Shown in pieces: positions 34,440 through 54,075 of a stretch of 64,000 nucleotides of DNA; the stretch's first letter is position 1, and each line of letters begins with the position of its first letter. Under the pieces are notes generated by a model, which saw only the letters and a list, made by a program, of their open reading frames with translations, was not told the origin of the DNA and ran no database searches. This stretch comes from the human T2T-CHM13v2.0 reference genome, Homo sapiens: assembly GCF_009914755.1 (NCBI RefSeq), contig NC_060931.1, one strand, 5' to 3'. A program made the position numbers and the translations under genes.

Positions 34440-36551
34440 GATTCTCTTTACATGAAATTCTAGAAAAGGCAAAACTACTGGTGGTTATCATGTGCCAGTG
34501 AGCGAGGGGATGGGAATGGGAGGGGATAGGGTGAGGTACTGATTGTAAAGGGGCACAAAGAAATTTTTAACTTTATTTATTTATTTATGTGTTTAGAAAG
34601 TGCCTCAGGTAGAAAGAACTTTTTAAGAGTGAGGGAAACGTTTATGGTAGTGATCACACAACTGTCAACGTTTGTAAAATCTCATTGAATTGTACACTTA
34701 AACTTGTGAGTTTTATTGCATATGAATTATACCTCAATAAAGCTGATTTAAATTAAAAAAAAACTCTTAATTCATGATTCCCTTTCCTCTCCTCCTCCTG
34801 GACATAAGACCTGCATTCAGGGTCATTAGGTAGCACCGTGGTTTCAGGCTGGTTGTCTGGCCGACGGTTGGTGTCTGACCATGCAGGTTCCTCCTGAGAT
34901 GTGCATCCACCTGGGTCTTAGACATAGGTCTCAATGGTGGCATCTTCTGAGAGTTCTGCATTCCCCGCTGGCTCTCAGTTGTCTGGTCCACAAAGCTTTC
35001 TGGAGCAGTGTCCTTTCATCCCAGTTTCAAGGACTTTTGTAGTGTAGTGCTCCCAGCCAGCCTCTGCACCTCTCCCGTGCCTCTCTGTGACCTCTCTTGG
35101 GCCCTCTCTGCCTAGTCATCTGTGCTTCATCACATAAAGTAATGAAGGTGGTGATGGTTCTGGAACCTTGCCTCTTTTTCCAAGTACCACCTGGGAAAGG
35201 AGGCACATTACCCCCTTGATATTCTTGAATGTTCAGGTTCCACCATTTCCTCTCCTAAGACTTGTCCTAGGTAGATGAGGTACCTCAGAGGCTTACACTG
35301 ATTTGTTTTTCTCACCAACTCTCTTTGTTCTCCAAATCAGAGATATTTATTTATTTATTTTTACTTTTAATTTCTTCTTCCAATGAAAAGGTAGGAAAAT
35401 TGGCTTGGTAAGTATTATTCTAACTCTATAATTAATGTCAGAGCCATTACCTTCAAAGGAAGAAAATAAATTGAGTAAGGGATGCTGCCCCAGGAGAGAG
35501 AAAGACTAAAGTGGAGATCTGCCAAGGGCCAGTGAAAGCCTGAGAACAGGAAATACTTATGCAACAAAAAAAGGAGGCTATGAAATTTGTAGACATGGGA
35601 GAGGGAACTTTGCCTACTTCACTTATTATCTAAAGTGGTTCTTCCCCTGACTTAGAGTTGACTTGTATTCTTTTTAAGTCTTTTCTTTAATGGTGTTCCT
35701 CCCTTTCCCCTGATCCAATAGCCAATGTCCTATACAGCATTTCTTATCCCAGATTTAAATGTCTCACGGTGAGAACTGAAGATAAGGTCTTTTAAGGCTC
35801 TCACACCAAAGCCTAAAGGAGTGCTCTGGGACAAATTCATGCCGAAAAGGACCCAGATCATCTTTTCCAGCCTATAGATAACTGAAATATTTGGTCCGGC
35901 TCCAGGATGACCTCTCTTTATTTGTTCCTTGTGAAAATAACGTAAGGTACATTATGTATGAAATAAAAAGAACAAGGCACTGGTGGGAGGAAGCTGACAT
36001 TTATTGAGGCCAATATGCTGAGATCTGGGGAGACATGCATTGTCCAATTTAATCCTCCCAATAACACTGAAATCATCTTGCAGTTTAGGAAACAGCTACT
36101 AAGAGGTTGCATACTTTGCCCAACGTCACCCAGGAAGGAGAGGAATGAGATTCAAGCCTAAATTGATGAACTTCAAAGTAGTTCTTTCCATTACCCCATG
36201 CTGCCATCCTGGTAGACTAAGTCAAAACCACTAGTCTCAGTCTTAGATAAAAGAAGGAGCAAGGAGGAGGAGGAGGTGGAAGAAGGGAGGAACCTGGCTA
36301 ACAGAAATCAGTGGTGGGAAGCAGTGATAGTCCATATTTCATGGAGTTCTTTCCTAAGCAAACAGATCCATCTAGGTCCACAGTTCCTACTATCCAGGGT
36401 GTGAGAAAGAGGAAGGGGTTAAATGAAAAAGCAGGTTTGCAAGGCAATTACCTAATTAGGTAAGATATATACACTAGTATTGTAATGTTATACACATGCT
36501 TTTTGGTATCGCCTTTAAAAATTCCAGCAAGGAGGACAGTGGGACTTTTCT

Positions 36552-38011
36552 TTTTTTTTTTTTTTTAACAATAAAAGATAACATTTAATTTTAAAAATTA
36601 GCAAAGCATCTGAACAAACATTTCACCAACCCAAATGTACAGATGGCAAAGAAGTGTATTAAAAGATAATATCAATCATTAAGAAAATGAAAATTAAATG
36701 TGTAATGAGAAACACTTCAAGATATAGCTATTGAAATGGCTAGAATTAAATACACATATACATTTACATGACAATATGAAATGCTGGCAAGGATGTATTA
36801 CAAAAGGAACCCTCACTCATTGCTAGTGGAAATGCAAAATGGTTCAGGCATTTTGGAAAACAGTTTGGCAGTTACTTTTAAAATTTAACATACACTTGAC
36901 ATATGACCCAGCATTTTCACTCATAGATACCTTTGGAAGGGAATTGAAAAATCAAGTTTACACAAAAATGTGTATGAGAATATTTATGGAGCCTTACTAA
37001 AAATCACTAAAAACTGGAAACAACCAAGATGCTTTTCAGTTGGTGAATGGATAAACAAATTGTGGTACAATCATAAACTAGAATACCATTCGGCAATTAA
37101 GATAACTGTTGATATTCATACAGCTAGGATGAATCTTAAATGCATTATGCTAAGAGAAAGAAGCCATATCCAAAAGGTGACATGTGATATAATTCCATTT
37201 ATATGACATCCTGGAAAAGGCAAAATTATAGGAACAGAGAACAGGTCAGTAGTTGCCAGGGGTTGGGGGAGGTCCGAGGGGTTGACTATAATGTGCTGTA
37301 CGAGATAATTTTTAGGGTGATGGAATTGTTCTATGTGGTACTATGGAAGAGGATATCTGACTTTTTACATTTGTCAAAACTCACAAAACTGAATTTTAAA
37401 CTAACAAAACTGAATTTTATTGCATTCAAGTTTTTTTTTTTAATTATACTTTAAGTTCTAGGGTACATGTGCACAACGTGCAGGTTTGTTTCATATGTAT
37501 ACATGTTCCATGTTGGTGTGCTGCACCCATTAACTCATCATTTACATTAGGTATATCTCCTAATGTTATCCCTCCCCCCTCCCCCACCCCATGACAGGCC
37601 CCGGTGTGTGATGTTCCCCTTCCTGTGTCCATGTGTTCTCATTGTTCAATTCCCACCTATGAGTGAGAACATGCGGTGTTTGGCTTTTTGTCCTTGTGAT
37701 AGTTTGCTGAGAGTGATGGTTTCCAGTTTCATCCATGTCCCTACAAAGGACATGAACTCATCCTTTTTATGGCTGCATAGTATTCCATGGTGTATATGTG
37801 CCACATTTTCTTAATCCAGTCTATCATTGATGGACATTTGGGTTGGTGCAAGTCTTTGCTATTGTGAATAGTGCCGCAATAAACATGTGCGTGCATGTGT
37901 CTTTATAGCAGCATGATTTATAATCCTTTCAGTATATACCCAGTAATGGGATGGCTGGGTCAAATGGTATTTCTAGTTCTAGATCCTTGAGGAATCGCCA
38001 CACTGTCTTCC
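36552..38011 (-). mobile_element. 5'-truncated L1PA (37431-38011) with ~865-bp 3' transduction (36567-37430)
   Basis: Perfect 16-bp TSD ACAGTGGGACTTTTCT (36536-36551, 38012-38027); two poly(A) tracts; minus-strand ATTAAA 17 nt from the terminal tail. Confidence 0.92.
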
Positions 38012-38619
38012 ACAGTGGGACTTTTCTAACGTGCACATTTTCATAGCAAGCAAGAGGAGTGGCCTCCAGTGTGAGGATTCTAGATTGCACCCAAACAGGC
38101 AGAATTTCTACTTTACAGACCTTCTGGAAGACTGTCAGCTTTAGACCTACCCAGGCATTCCAAATCTCTTACAGGATTTGGAACTCTTAGGCTCTGCTGA
38201 CTGCTAAATTATTTGGAAACTAATTAAGGGAACTGATAGTGCCTTTCAGGCATCTTTTGAATTTCTGAAGCCTGCCTAAACTTGCAGAATGACTGTAAAT
38301 TATTGTGGATATAAGAACAGTGTTTCTCGCCACACTGTGTATATGTGAAGGTTGTCCTTTTGTTTGTAACTATAGCAACAAGTTCTATAGCCCGCTGTTT
38401 TGCTCAGCTCAGCCTTGCCACCTCATGGACTGCCTAATAATTGCTGCTCAACAATAATTTGTCTCTAACTGATTTACACTGTGTTGGCTTGCTTTTTCTA
38501 AAAGAGTCCTAGCCTTAACACTGTTGCAGTGACAGAAGTCAAATTGTGTCAGCCTGCCTGTATTGTTGATCCTGCTTTTGGCTATTGAAGGCCAAGAGGA
38601 AAGGGCTTTGCTAAGACCA

Positions 38620-38835
38620 CAGAGAGTCTTGTATGGTATAATAGGAAAGAGTGAGGGATTTGGAGCCAGGTGACATGGGTTTAAATAAATACTGCCAATC
38701 CTTGCTGTGTGATCTTGGGCACATCATTTATACTCTCTGATTGTCAATTTCCTCCTGTACAAAATGGAGATAATTCTTATGGTATGTGGTTGTTAGGACA
38801 AAGTGAAGTTATACAAGGGAAAGTTTTATTTAAAT
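38620..38835 (+). mobile_element. MIR
   Basis: Core-like GCTGTGTGATCTTGGGCA...TTTCCTCCTGTACAAAATGGAGATAAT. Confidence 0.75.
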
Positions 38836-41515
38836 TGTGAAGGGTTATATAAATATTATTATTAGGCGCCCTGAACAAGAGTGCTTGCATGCTGACAAGG
38901 GCAACCTGGAGGGTGTGTTGGAAACACATCATGTCTGTTTCTATGGCAGTTCTGCCTCATGTAAGGTGCTGCCCCATCATGAGCCCACATGTTATACCTA
39001 CTCAGAAATGAGTAATACAGAGCTTGTTTTGATTATGTAGGTTTCCGAGAAAAAAGGGAAAAAATATATAAGATGCTTTAAAGAGAGAGTGAGGATCTTT
39101 TCTTGGGTCTGTGCTTGGGGTATGGTAGGAATGGGCAAAGGAAAGCAAGGGGATGGTGAAATGAAGGAGAAGGCCTAGAGCTCTCTCAGCACCCTTCCAT
39201 CCTCGGGAGGGGTGCTGATTCTGTAATAGAGACTTGGGTTCTCCACCATCATGTTGCAATTAACAGATTCCTCATGGATTACACATGCGTATAATCTAAG
39301 AGGTAACTGTTTAACATGTCTGAACATTAACTTTAAAGGCCAGATATGCACTTGAAGCTTTCTTTCAGAGTTTTGCTATTTGTGCGTTTGTGTGGTTTTA
39401 ATTGAAGGTAGTTCAAACCCCATTGTTACTTTAACACTTCAATTATGAGGCAATTTTTATCTGTACATATTTACTGCAAGAGTTTTCATTTTTCCTTTAA
39501 GATTCTTTTTGTTTTTCCTGTAGGACTCTTTTCTTTTCAGGATTCTTTTTTCGAAAGTCCTCTTTATCATTCCTTTTAGGAAAAAAAAAATGTTGTGATT
39601 TGATTTGTTGGGTCTTTGAATAACATTTTTACTTTCTTTTTTAAAAAAAGCATCTCCATAAATATATATACCTACTATGTACCCACAAAAATAAAAATAA
39701 ATAAAATAAAATATGTATCTATATCTTAAAAAATGTTTCAAGTCTAACATTGTCTTTGTATGGTAAAAATGAGCATTGTATAATTGTACTTAGAATATAA
39801 AATCTAGGCAGGAATAACTGCAATCATTTTATCTGTGGCTTTTAGGACTATTAAGTTAGTTCCATCTGATTTTGTTGTTGTTGTTGTCCATTAAATGGAT
39901 CTGAGGTATGCCTCATGTCAGATTGGCTGCCCAATATTCTGAGCCTGTCATATAGTGGACCGGAGGCCCCATAGGATGAGCCTTAAATTTTTTAGACTTT
40001 TAATGTTATCTCCAAAAGATAATATACATATAATTACCAGAGATACACTGACAGAATTGAAGGCACTTGTCATACAACTTTATACCACAATTTTTGTAAC
40101 CCTGTTTTGAAGTTTCTATGTTTTTTAACATGTTAGGAAACTAAAACAAAACAAAACAAAAAAATGGAAGTGTCCCAGAGTTCTCCCTTCCTCCAAGGGG
40201 TCAGCTCTGAGTTCCTGTAGAAACATGTTGTAATTAACCTTGTAGAGCAATGGGCTGCTGGGGGAAGGAGCACCCAATCTTATCTTCAGGGCAGTCAGAA
40301 GAGCCAAGTCACAAAAAAGAACACTCAGGTTCTGTGTGGGACTAGGAGAGAAATAAATCATGTTCAACTTTACATTACACCCTGCTGTTTCTAAAATGAG
40401 CAAAACCTGTGCTTGTTCAATGATGAGTAATATTGAAAGACCGTGTGGTTTTCTGCTACAGCTTTCTTGAAGCATTGCCATTTTATTGTCCAAAAGTCAC
40501 ATTGTTTGTGTATCCTGCCCCATTCTCTGGAGCATGCAGTATTTGGTTTTTACACATGCTCCTTGTAACTATCTAGAAATGTTTCCTTAAGAATTCAAAA
40601 TCAAAACAAAATGATGATCACCTATGTTTCATTTGAAGAAGAGGAATTACTGATGTGTATTACAAAACAAGGGGTACCCTGCAATGTTTATTGCTTAATT
40701 ATTCTTTGTGAAGCTTCCTATTTTGGCTTATTCATGTCTTCTGCTTTCTTAAAATCCCCTTAAGGCCACATCCTCTTCTCTTCAGACTCCTACAACATCT
40801 CATGGTACTGCCTTGCCTCCTTCCAGTGGGGGCTGCTTCTCTGCAGAACTTGCTATGCCAGTGGTGCTCCCTGTAAGTGTGCAGTGTGTGGCCACCCTGT
40901 TTCTGTGGTCCAAGTTATCATAGCACCAATTTCAGTTAAAACGTTTAGAATTTTATGTCTGTGATTTTTTGATTAACTTGTCTTGCTGCCAGTCTCTGCG
41001 TCCCCTAAGGTCAGGAACCTTGTCTGGTCTTGCTCACCATGGTACCTATCTCCTACCCATAGCACAGTGGCTGGGTCCCAGCCTCCAGATTGTTTCCTTG
41101 CCTCTAAATTCACACATTTTCCAAGCCATTCTTCTCAGCAATATTGTCAGCAATATCTTTACAACTCTGCCATGGCTCCCAATGCCTAGAGTTCAAGTCC
41201 CAAATTCCAGGCTACCAGTTACTTTTTCAGCCCTATCTACTCTCCTAAGAACGTTGCTTTTTATTTGGGCTTATTTTACCTCAGCTTATGTGACAGAGAA
41301 CTAGTTCTTTCCCTGCCTTACTTTCTCTTCAGATTATACATTGTTTGCATATTTGTAAATTCTTTATAGGAAAACTCAATAAATATTTATTTAATTGATT
41401 TAGGCATTCTGGAGATATAAGTCTCTAGAATTACCATACCTGATGGCTATGTAGTTCTTCCTATGCCAGGAATTTAAGGTGTTATATTAAACATTCTCTG
41501 TTTATATCACCGTAG

Positions 41516-41939
<424 letters not shown>

Positions 41940-42094
41940 AGATATTTGTTTTATCCATTAAACTTTGTTATCTGGTTAAGTCCTTTCCTGCCTATTTAAT
42001 TAGATTAATTAGTGTTTTTTTGTTTTAATTCACACAGACTTTTTTATATTTGCCTCTGTTGGGTTTTCTTTCACTACTCATTCTCCCTGTCTTT

Positions 42095-46005
<3,911 letters not shown>

Positions 46006-46286
46006 TAAAGGTTAAAGTTTTTCTGATGATCTCTATCAGAACTCTGTTGTAGTGTCTTTTAGTTGCTTCCCTGTGCAAATACTTTACTTGCTCTAAAATA
46101 TTTAGAATGTTTTCAGAATAATAGAGATTGAAAACTTTAGCAAACTGAAGAATTTGTACAGATTCAGCATGGTACTTATCATTTGTTGCCTAGGTAAGCT
46201 GCATCATATTTAAAGGTGCAGTGCTCTGAGAAATTGTCTGAACCTAAGTTTTCAAAGTTAATACCATCTTGATTATAAAGATTTCA

Positions 46287-46661
<375 letters not shown>

Positions 46662-46879
46662 TCAATACGTTTATAAATAGGAAATTGAGTAACCTATGGT
46701 GCATCTATGCAAAGGAGTGCTATGCAGGTATGAAAAGGGATGAGATCTATCTCTGTATATTCCTATAAAGTTCTTTAGGATATATTATTAAGTCTAATTG
46801 TCTAGGTTTTGCTTCAAAATAACCTAGAGAGTTCAGAGGGGAAGTGGAAGGGTTATAGATAAAATTGCTCATGAATTGA

Positions 46880-47455
<576 letters not shown>

Positions 47456-48341
47456 TGAAGATTTAAGCAATAAACTGTGATTACCTAGCAAATATAAAGT
47501 ATTGTAATGCCATAATAATAATGGTTATTTAAAAAAAACACTTTAGGGCATTGAAAAAAGCAAACATGTGTTAAAGAAAGGGAAGTCAAATGATACCACT
47601 GGCTATTAACATCACATAACAACAGACAATCAGATATTTGGAGCCTCCTGATGGAAGTATATGTTACCGCCTCTGAAGTATTGTTGTAGCAGCAGGAAGA
47701 GGAAAACAAGTACATGTATAATTTCCGGCTGGCAGAAAATTAGAGATAGAGTGAAGCTCAAGTCCCAGAGGCATTATCACATTTAATCTGCACATCTTTT
47801 TGAAACATAAAAATTAGTTGTTGTTTTGTTTTACTAATTTTACCCCATTTTAGAGAGGAGTAAATTTAATGAATAAATGATATGTCTGTGACCACCTGAC
47901 TAATACATTCAAGAACCAGGACCTACCAAGCCTTCTGGCTTCTTATGATGGAACGTGCTTTCCATGTTATAGAGTGAGGCTCAGTGTCATCAAGGAACAG
48001 CCAATCCAATGAGATTGACATGAGAAATGATACATATTCAGCAGAAGATCAGACCTTAAAAGCATGACAATTGCAGTTATCTTCTCTGGCAAGAGAAGAG
48101 TGTAAGTATAATATTCTGTTGATTCAGTGAAGATTCATGTATTTCAGAGATCAAAAAGAGCTGATGATGATATTGGCATTCTCTTATGCAGTGGAGGCAT
48201 TTTACCTGCTCTCTCTCCAGAAGGGCAGTCATCCCAATGTCACCAAAGTGGACCAATGGAGCCCTTGCTGACTAAGACAGAGTCCTTTTAGAAACTGTTG
48301 TGGATCTGCTTGAATACATGACCAAATCGATGGCTAATATA

Positions 48342-49953
48342 CAAGGCCAGCTTCAGCCTCATAGATGTATGACCTACGCAGTCACACAAGGATCTGCTCT
48401 CAGAGGGGCCCTGCACTTGGTTTAATGCCCTGCTGTCACCATTTTTAAATACTTAAAATTTTATTTTTGAGCTTGAGTTTTGTAAATAAAGTCTGTTGGA
48501 ACAATTGAACATTCACATGAGCAGCACAGATAGGCCAGGCAGCAGTGTGCACATGCACAGGCCTGAATCGATGGCTGTGGCAGAGGGTGTGGGTGCCAAG
48601 CAAATAGGCCTGTGGCCTGGTGCTCAAATGCATGCATCAGGGCAGTTTGGGGTATCACAGAGTCCCAAGGCAGCCAGGCCAGCACTTGAGTGCAGATTGG
48701 CAAAAGCAATGGCAGCAATAGCAGCAGAGGCAACATGACAGCAAAAGTAATAGGGACAGCTACATCAGTGATGGCCTCAGGAGAAAGAAGAGGCCTGCAT
48801 GGGGACAGTTCTGGAACCTACCATGGGAGGCTGGTCCCCAGCATCTGTCTCTGTGGTATCTGCACATATAATAAGGAAAGAAACTATTGGCACTCAATGC
48901 AGAAAACTTTTTTAGTAAAATATTACAAAATAAAAGCAAACACACAGACATTGCAATAAAACATGTCAAGGAGTTATTAGAATTCTTCAAAGAGTTTAAA
49001 ATCTCCAGTTTTGAAAATTGCTATAATATTGCAAATAAAATATCCATAAGTTTAGGAATAGAAATTAAAGATGATTGCATGTGACAGAAAATAATAGTTT
49101 TCCAAGCTTGAATAAAGCTTATGAAGCTTTGAATAAATGAAGTATGAACAAGAAAGACCATTTTAAATTTTATTTTATTTTTGTAATTGAACATACAACA
49201 ATAGAATGCATATAAGCAAGTGTTCTGGTGTATATACAAAATATAAAGCCACTTTTGGATTATTGCACAACCTCCAGAAGTTACAGGAATTGTCAGAGGA
49301 AACATTAAAATGAATATTGAATAAATGTACATTTAAAATTAAATTCACAGAGGAAGCTGATTTTTATGAAGAGTTAAATCTTTTTAGAAAATTGTTCTAT
49401 GAGAATCATTAGCTCAAAAGGTTTTATTTTGAAATGATTTATCAGAAATTTATCTAAATGTTATCACAGCCTATAAATATTCTTATAAACTTCAGTGAAA
49501 GATGCATGAGCAGGAAGATTCTTCTCAAATTAAAAATTGCCAAAAATTATTTATGATCTTGCATTTCCCAAGAGCAGCTCACATCACTTTCAGTTTGATC
49601 AATTAAAAATGAAATTACAATGAGTATAAATTTTGATGATCTAGTAAATTAATTTGCAGAAAAGTGAGCCAGAAAAATCTTATGATCAATCAAGATATTA
49701 CATTATTGTTATTTTATTATATAAAATTGTGACATCAAAAATATTTTCTTAGGATTCATTACTATTCACTTAGTTTTTGTTGCTATTCACGTATTACTAT
49801 TACCCCTATTATATTTTATAAGTAATAAATTTTTTTAAAGGGAAAACTTTTTATATATTGGTAACCTTCAGAGAACATTTTTCTGACATTTTGACAAGGA
49901 ATCCCAGATTTGTTTTTTTGTACTGGGTCCTGCAAATTATGTGGGTCACCCTG
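48342..49953 (+). mobile_element. MER45R/Zaphod-like hAT-Tip100 transposon with transposase C-terminal remnant
   Basis: MER45-type ends (CAAGGCCAGC...GGTCACCCTG); decayed 8-bp TSD CTAATATA / CCAATATG; degenerate hAT dimerisation-domain coding at ~49440-49680. Confidence 0.85.
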
Positions 49954-50789
49954 CCAATATGATTTGAGGAAAAAAATTTTCGAAGCTGGTGTTAGCAGTT
50001 GCCCACAGCAATTACAGAAGAACCTCAGTTTTGCTCCTGTGGGAATTTGGTTTTGAACAAACTTTCCAATAAGGAGTGAATGAATTATTGTTACTGCATT
50101 GATTTAGTGTTAAGCATTTTGTTTCTGAAAATTCAAGTAAACTATTTGCAATTGTAATATTCTTTGGACATTAAAAGAACAGCAGAACTTGTTTGTCCCG
50201 TTGGCAATTATTTTTAGCACACATTCTAAGTATGTTATTTGCTAGGTGTTGAAGGTATATGGGTAAATAAGAATATAGTTTCTGTTCTAAGAAGTCCAAT
50301 AAGGTAGACAATATGAAAAATAGTAAATTACAATACACTGTTTTAAGCACTTTTCTACAGAAATATGTACAATGTATAGATTATAGAGGTATCAGAAAGC
50401 ACACTTTGCTTATAATAGGATAGCTGGAGAGGTTTCTGGCTTCTTGTTTCATAAATGTCTAGGCTGATACTGACTTGCATTCTCATTATAATTCATGTAT
50501 ATTTTACATATATAATTCATATATATTTTTTATTTTCCAATTAATGCAACAGTAGCATACTTTTAAAAATAAGAATGATTGATTTGAATGCAACAATAGA
50601 GAGTGTCTTTGCAAAAAACAGTCTTTTATAATGAGATTGTAGCTAACTTTCCTGATTTGTAGTTTCATTGAACAATAGCTTATTCCAGTTTTTTGTTTAT
50701 TTTTATTATTTTCCATTAATTTTACTTTATAAGTGAAGACACTCCTAAATAGCCACATATGTATTAATTTTATTTTAGAATCGTGAAAA

Positions 50790-50945
50790 ATGGAAGACAG
50801 TAGCACAGACACAGAAAAAGAAGAGGAAGAGGAGAAAGATGAAAAGGATCAAGAGCCCATTTATGCCATAGTGCCCACAATTAACATTCAAGATGAGCGG
50901 TTTGTTGATTTATCTGAAACTCCAGCTTTCATTTTTCTGCATGAG
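50790..50945 (+). CDS. CCDC146: CCDC146 first coding exon (exon 50779-50945; 52 codons MEDSSTDTEKEEEEEK...PAFIFLHE)
   Basis: Acceptor TTTTATTTTAG at 50778; strong Kozak AAAATGG; phase-0 donor GAG|GTATAT; peptide recognised as the CCDC146 N-terminus. Confidence 0.95.
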
Positions 50946-51804
50946 GTATATTTTTCTTTATATGTTACTACAGTAAAACCCAACTCAACATGTACTTAAA
51001 AATTCAAATGAAGCCAATATCATTATCAAAATTCTTTATTACATATATCCTGTAGGTGATATTTACAACTTGATACACTAAAACAAAATGGTCCCTGCCT
51101 TTTCTTCCAAAAATTTATCATGTAATTCTGAACCAATGCAGTAGTGTAGGTTCTGATACTTTCGTAGCATAAGTATTTGCACATATATTCGGTCAGTTAC
51201 ATACATTTCGTGGGTTGGTACATGAAATAAAGAAGATTTCTTTTATTATTGCATATACTACATTTACTTCCATAAAATTAAAATATCTTGTCATATAATG
51301 ATAGAAAGAATATATATTTACCTAGCTAACTATAGTTACTGCAGTGGAGCACTGAAATCTGCTGTTTTCTATCAGCAAATAAGCAAAAAGGGGAATATGA
51401 TGAATTATATATTCTCATTATGTGAACTTTAAAAAGCAAGATGAACATTTAGGAAATACCCATATATGAGGAGAGTTTTTTTTTTTTTAAGTAATGGCTG
51501 ACTATGTATTCAGCTGTTACCTTGTCATGCCTGAGAGCTATACTTTAGAAAATGATTTAGAGGACATTTGAATTTCAGATGATAAACTTTATATAACTGA
51601 ATAAAACATTCTAAGAAATTTGATAGTCATAGTAAAAAATAAGTTTAAAAAGTCTTAAGGCAAAAACAGTTTATTAAAAACCAAGAAGCAAAACCAAATT
51701 GGAACAGAATGCAATAAAAAAGTAATTTTAAAAATAATAGTGCTATATATGTGTATACAGGATCTAAATTGCTAAATTTTTCACTTTTTCTACAGTTTTG
51801 GCTT

Positions 51805-53110
51805 TTTCTTTTATTTTGACATAATTTCAGATATTCAGGACAGTTGCAAGATTAGTGCAAAGAATTTGCGTGTATCTTTAACCCAGATTTCTCAGACGCT
51901 AACATCTTACCACATTTGCTTTATCCTTTTTTTTCTATCTTCTTGTTCTCTCAACCTCTCTCTTTCTCTCTCTCTGAAGACACGATGCCCCTTTATACCT
52001 AAATGCATCACTATATTTCCTAAAAATATATTCATTCTCTTAATCATAGTACAATTATATCAGGAAATTAACATTGATATAATACCATTTTCTAATCTGC
52101 ATACCTTATTCGGGTCTTGCCAGTTGTCCCAATAATGTTCTTTATAGCAAAAGAAAATTCTAGATTATGTATTGCATTCAGTAGTCATCTCTTTAGTCTC
52201 CTTTAATCTAAAGGAAATTCAGGATTTCTTTAGTTTTCATGATATTGACACTTTGAAGAGAAGAGGCCGGTTATTTTGTGATTTTCTTTCAATTTGGATT
52301 TTTCCGATTTTCTTATTATTAGATTCATGCTATGTATTTTTGGTAAAGATATAAAGACACAATCTCGTATCCTTCTCAAGTGTCTTCTACTAGGAACACA
52401 TGATGTTGCCTTGTCCCATTTGCTAGACTTGTTCATCTTGATCACTTGGTTAAGGTGATGACTTCCAGATTTACCTTTTATTTATTTTTCTGTTTGAAAT
52501 TAATAAGCACCTCAAGAAGAGATACTCTGAGACTATGTGGTTGTCTTACTCCTCTTAAAATTTTCACCTACAAGTTTGGGATTTATTGGTGATACTTACC
52601 CAGATCAACTCTTGTTATGATGGTTGTCAAATGGTGATTTTCTAATTCCATCATTTCTTCTATATTTATTAGGTGGCTTTCTACTATAAGGAAGAACTTT
52701 CTCTTCTTTCCTTATTTATTCATCTTTTTATCAGTGTGGACTTAGGTTTCTCACTGTCATTCCTTCTCATGCTATCATTGTCCCACATTTGGCCAGTGTA
52801 CACCCTTCAGGTAGGCTCACTTGTCCTTCTGACATGCTCCTGTGATTCCTTCTGCACTTCCTTACTTTCTGGCACAAGAAAGTGTTCTGGGCTCATCTTG
52901 TATTTTTTTTGCTCCAGCCCTAGAATCAGCCATTTCTTGGAGGATCCCTAGTTCCTGTTACTGGAGAATGATATTTGGAAACTAAGATATTAATGCTGAG
53001 CATGGTCATTGATCCTAGAATGTCATAGCTTCTAGCCCCTCTCAGTGGACAGAGCTGGGAAACAGATTCATGAATATTTATATCCACACAAATTTAAATC
53101 TATTTCTACA
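51805..53110 (-). mobile_element. Old L1MC/MD 3' end
   Basis: TTATTTTGACATAATTTCAGA start; CAGGAAATTAACATTGATA motif. Confidence 0.75.
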
Positions 53111-53124
53111 TCTATCTTTATATA

Positions 53125-54075
53125 TTTTTTAATCTAACTTTTATTTTAGATACAGGGCATACATGTACAGGTTTTGTACATGGGCATATTGCATCCAGGT
53201 GGTAAGCCTAGTACCCGGTAGGTAGTTTTTCAACCCACACTCCCCTTCCTCCCTCCACTCTCTAGTAGTCTGCAGTGTCTGTTATTCTCATGTTTTTGTC
53301 CATGTGTGCTCAGTGTATAGCTCCCACTTATAAATGAGAATATGCAGTGTCTGGCTTTCTTTTCCTGCATTAATTCACTCAGGATTGTGGTCTCCAGCTC
53401 TTCTATGTCTCTGTGAAGGACATGATTTCATCCTCCTATATGGTTGCATAGTATTCTGTGGTGTATATATATAACACACTTTCTTTATCCAATCCCCCAC
53501 TGATGGGCCACTAGATTGATTCCACATCTTTGTTATTAATAGTGTGGTGATGAATGTATGAGTGCATGTGTCTTTTTGGTAGAATGATCTATTTTCCTTT
53601 GGTTTTATACCCAGTAATGGGATTGCTGGGCTGAATGGTAGCTCTGTTTTAAGTTATTTGAGAAATCTCCAAACTGCTTTCCACAGTGGCTGAACTAAAC
53701 TAAAGAGCCTCTTCACAGCAAAAGAAACTATCAACAGAGTAAAAAGACAATCTACAGAATGGGAGAAAATATTGCAAACTATGCATCTGAGAAAGGTCTG
53801 ATATCTGGAATCTATAAGGAACTTAGACAAATCAACAAGCAAAAAACAAATAACCCCATTTTAAAAATAGGCAAAGGACACTAACAGACGTTTCTCAAAA
53901 GAAGACATACATGTGGCCAACAAAAGTAGGAAAAAGTGCTCAGCATCACTAATTATCAGAGAAATACAAGTCAAAACCACAATGAGATATTATCTCCCAC
54001 CAGTCAGAATAACTATTATTAAAAAGTCAAAAACAATGGATGCTGGCAAAGGTGTGGAGAAAAAGAAATGCTTAT
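53125..54075 (-). mobile_element. 5'-inverted L1PA15/16-like insertion (flip at ~53697)
   Basis: Antisense 3' UTR then a sense ORF2 end; decayed TSD TATCTTTATATATTTT / TATCTTTGTATTTTT. Confidence 0.85.

Larger units (their letters stand above)
32480..34760 (+). mobile_element. Old L1M 3' portion (host of the nested L1s; its 5' remnants lie at ~22850-24045)
   Basis: Degenerate ORF2 end and 3' UTR finishing TATACCTCAATAAAGCTG. Confidence 0.8.

Noticed and set aside
34780-35340. GC-richer unexplained segment as a possible exon or processed pseudogene
   Set aside because: No recognisable peptide, splice pair, or poly(A)/TSD; cannot be supported without a search.
50946-50999. C-terminal 17 aa of the 69-aa CCDC146 ORF
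   Set aside because: Intronic read-through past the donor at 50945.
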